Below the pieces are notes generated by a model. The model saw only the letters and a list, made by a program, of their open reading frames with translations. It had not been told where the DNA came from and did not search any database. Position numbers and translations under genes: made by a program. From Pristiophorus japonicus (lineage: Eukaryota), in NCBI RefSeq assembly GCF_044704955.1, contig NC_091995.1, forward strand, positions 53,010,001 to 53,074,000: 64,000 nucleotides of DNA, read 5' to 3'. Shown one piece after another: positions 62,101 to 64,000 of this stretch (positions are counted from its first letter, which is position 1; each line of letters begins with the position of its first letter).

Positions 62101-64000
62101 AGGGGAGGGGTCAAACTAAGGGAGTGAGGGGAGGGATCAAACTAACGGAGTGAGGGGAGGGGTCAAACTAATGGAGTGAGGGGAGGGGTCAAACTAACGG
62201 AGTGAGGGGAGGGGTCAAACTAACGGAGTGAGGGGAGGGGCTCAAACTAACGGAGTGAGGGGAGGGGTCAAACTAACGGAGTGAGAGGAGGGGGTCAAAC
62301 TAACGTGGAGTGAGGGGAGCGGTCAAACAAACGGAGTGAGGGTAGGTGGTGAACCGAACGGAGTGAGGTGAGGGGCTCAAACTAACGGAGTGAGGGTAGG
62401 GCTCAAACTAACGGAGTGAGGGGAGGGGCTCAAACTAACGGAGTGAGGGGAAGGGGTCAAACTAACGGAGTGAGGGGATGGGTCACACTAACGGAGTGAG
62501 GGGAGGGGTCAAAGTCACAGATTGAGGGGCGGGGTCAAGCTCACGGAGTGAAAGGAGGGGGTCAAACTAACGGAGTGTGGGGAGGGGTCAAACTGATGGG
62601 GTGTGAGGGGAGTGGTCAAAGTAACGGAGTGAGGGGAGGGGTCAAACCAACGGGGAGTGAGGGGAGGGGACAAACTAACGGAGTGAGGGGAGGGGTCAAA
62701 CTAACGGAGCGAGGGGAGGATTCAAACTTACGTGGAGTGAGGGGAGGGGTCAAACTAACAGTGTGAGGGGAGGGGTCAAACTAACGGAGTGAGGGGAGGG
62801 GTCAAAATAACGGAGTGAGGGGAGGGGTCAAACTAACGGGGAGTGAGGGGAGGGATCAAGCTAACGGAGTGAGAGGAGGGTCTCAAACTAACGGAGTGAG
62901 GGGAGGGGTCAAACTAACGGAGTGAGGGGAGGGGTCAAACTAACGGAGTGAGGGGAGGGTTCAAAGTAACGGAGTGAGGGGAGGGGTCAAACTAACGGAG
63001 TGAGGGGAGGGTCAAACTAATGGAGTGAGGGGAGGGGTCAAAATAACGGAGTGAGGGGAGGGGTCAAACTAACGGGGAGTGAGGGGAGGGGTCAAGCTAA
63101 TGGAGTGAGGGGCGGGGTCAAACTAACGGAGTGAGGGGAGGGGTCAAACTAACAGGGAGTGAGGGGAGTGGTCAAACTAACGGAGTGAGGGGAGGTGGTC
63201 AAACGAACGGAGTGAGGGGAGGGTTCAAACTAACAGAGTGAGGTGAGGGGTCAAACTAACGGAGTGAGGTGAGGGGCTCAAACTAACGGAGTGAAGGGAG
63301 GGGTATTCAAACTAACGGAGTGAGGGGAGGGGGTCAAACTAACGGAGTGAGGGGAAGGGGTCAAACTAACGGAGTGAGGGGATGGGTCACACTAACGGAG
63401 TGAGGTGTGGGGTTAAAGTCACAGATTGAGGGGAGGGGTCAAGCTCATGGAGTGAGGGGAGGTGTCACACTAATGGAGTGAGGGGAGGGGTCAAACTAAC
63501 GGAGCGAGGGGAGGATTCAAACTTACGTGTAGTGAGGGGAGGGGTCAAACTAACGGAGTGAGGGGAGGAGTCAAACTAACGGAGTGAGAGGAGGGTCTCA
63601 AACTAACGGAGTGAAGGGAGGGGTCAAACTAACGGAGTGAGGGGAGGGGCTCAAACTAACGGAGTGAGGGGAGGAGTCAAACTAAAGGAGTGAGGGGAGG
63701 GATCAAACTAACGGAGTGAGGGGAGAGGTCAAACTAACAGAATGAGGGGAGGGGTCAAACTAACGGAGTGAGCGGAGGGGCTCAAACTAACGGAGTGAGG
63801 GGAGGCGTCAAACTAACGGAGTGTGGGGAGGGGTCAAAATAATGGAGTGAGGGGAGGGGCTCAAACTAACGGAGTGAGGGGAGGTGTCAAACTAACGGGG
63901 AGTGAGGGGAGGGGTCAAACTAACGGGGAGTGAGGGGAGGGGTCAAACTAACTGGGAGTGAGGGGAGGGGGTCAAACTAACGGAGTGAGGGGAGGGGCTC

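Larger units (their letters stand above)
3886..64000 (+). repeat. Tandem satellite/minisatellite array, 26-bp consensus GGAGTGAGGGGAGGGGTCAAACTAAC, at least 60 kb, roughly 2,300 units
   Basis: Head-to-tail units are directly visible to the window end. Length variants of 24-28 bp and 35 bp occur. The G-rich strand is always +. Confidence 0.99.

Noticed and set aside
7501-62766. Dozens of 63-90 aa Gly/Arg-rich ORFs (RGG-like, TGSEGRGQTNGVRGGVKL)
   Set aside because: They arise where 26+28-bp pairs or 27-bp units keep frame and avoid the unit's TGA/TAA. They start at GTG within the repeat and recur only because of duplications.
3886-64000. CRISPR array, telomeric repeat or immunoglobulin switch region
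   Set aside because: There are no unique spacers or cas genes and the context is eukaryotic. There are no tandem TTAGGG/CCCTAA units. AGCT motifs appear only in minor variants.

Overview
Eukaryotic DNA. The element families suggest a vertebrate, possibly a cartilaginous fish, but that is inference. There are three parts. (1) 1-2228 is the 3' portion of a dead Ty3/Gypsy (K02A2.6-like) LTR retrotransposon on the + strand. It has RT and RNase H with mutated catalytic residues, two frameshifts, an in-frame deletion of the integrase zinc finger and DDE core, a polypurine tract and a ~211-bp 3' LTR. (2) 2229-3885 holds fragments of GC-rich non-autonomous repeats around a ~460-bp unique island. On the - strand this island carries a likely first exon too short for the ORF track: a 52-nt signal-peptide exon (MLLILLSTSLCFSWVSP, phase-1 GTAAGT donor). 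Upstream of it lie TATAAA, CCAAT, GATA, TCF/LEF and ETS motifs and a perfect ISRE. The Gypsy element would then sit antisense in intron 1. (3) ~3886-64000 is an uninterrupted, single-orientation G-rich tandem array of a 26-bp unit (GGAGTGAGGGGAGGGGTCAAACTAAC, roughly 2,300 units, running off the window). It has variant-defined zones and kb-scale tandem duplications (3153, 3662, 954, 1272, ~2530, 1202 and ~1700 bp). All ORFs in the array are artefacts of repeat phasing. The best lead is a candidate interferon-inducible secreted or membrane gene whose promoter lies within 1 kb of this array. All alignments were done by eye.
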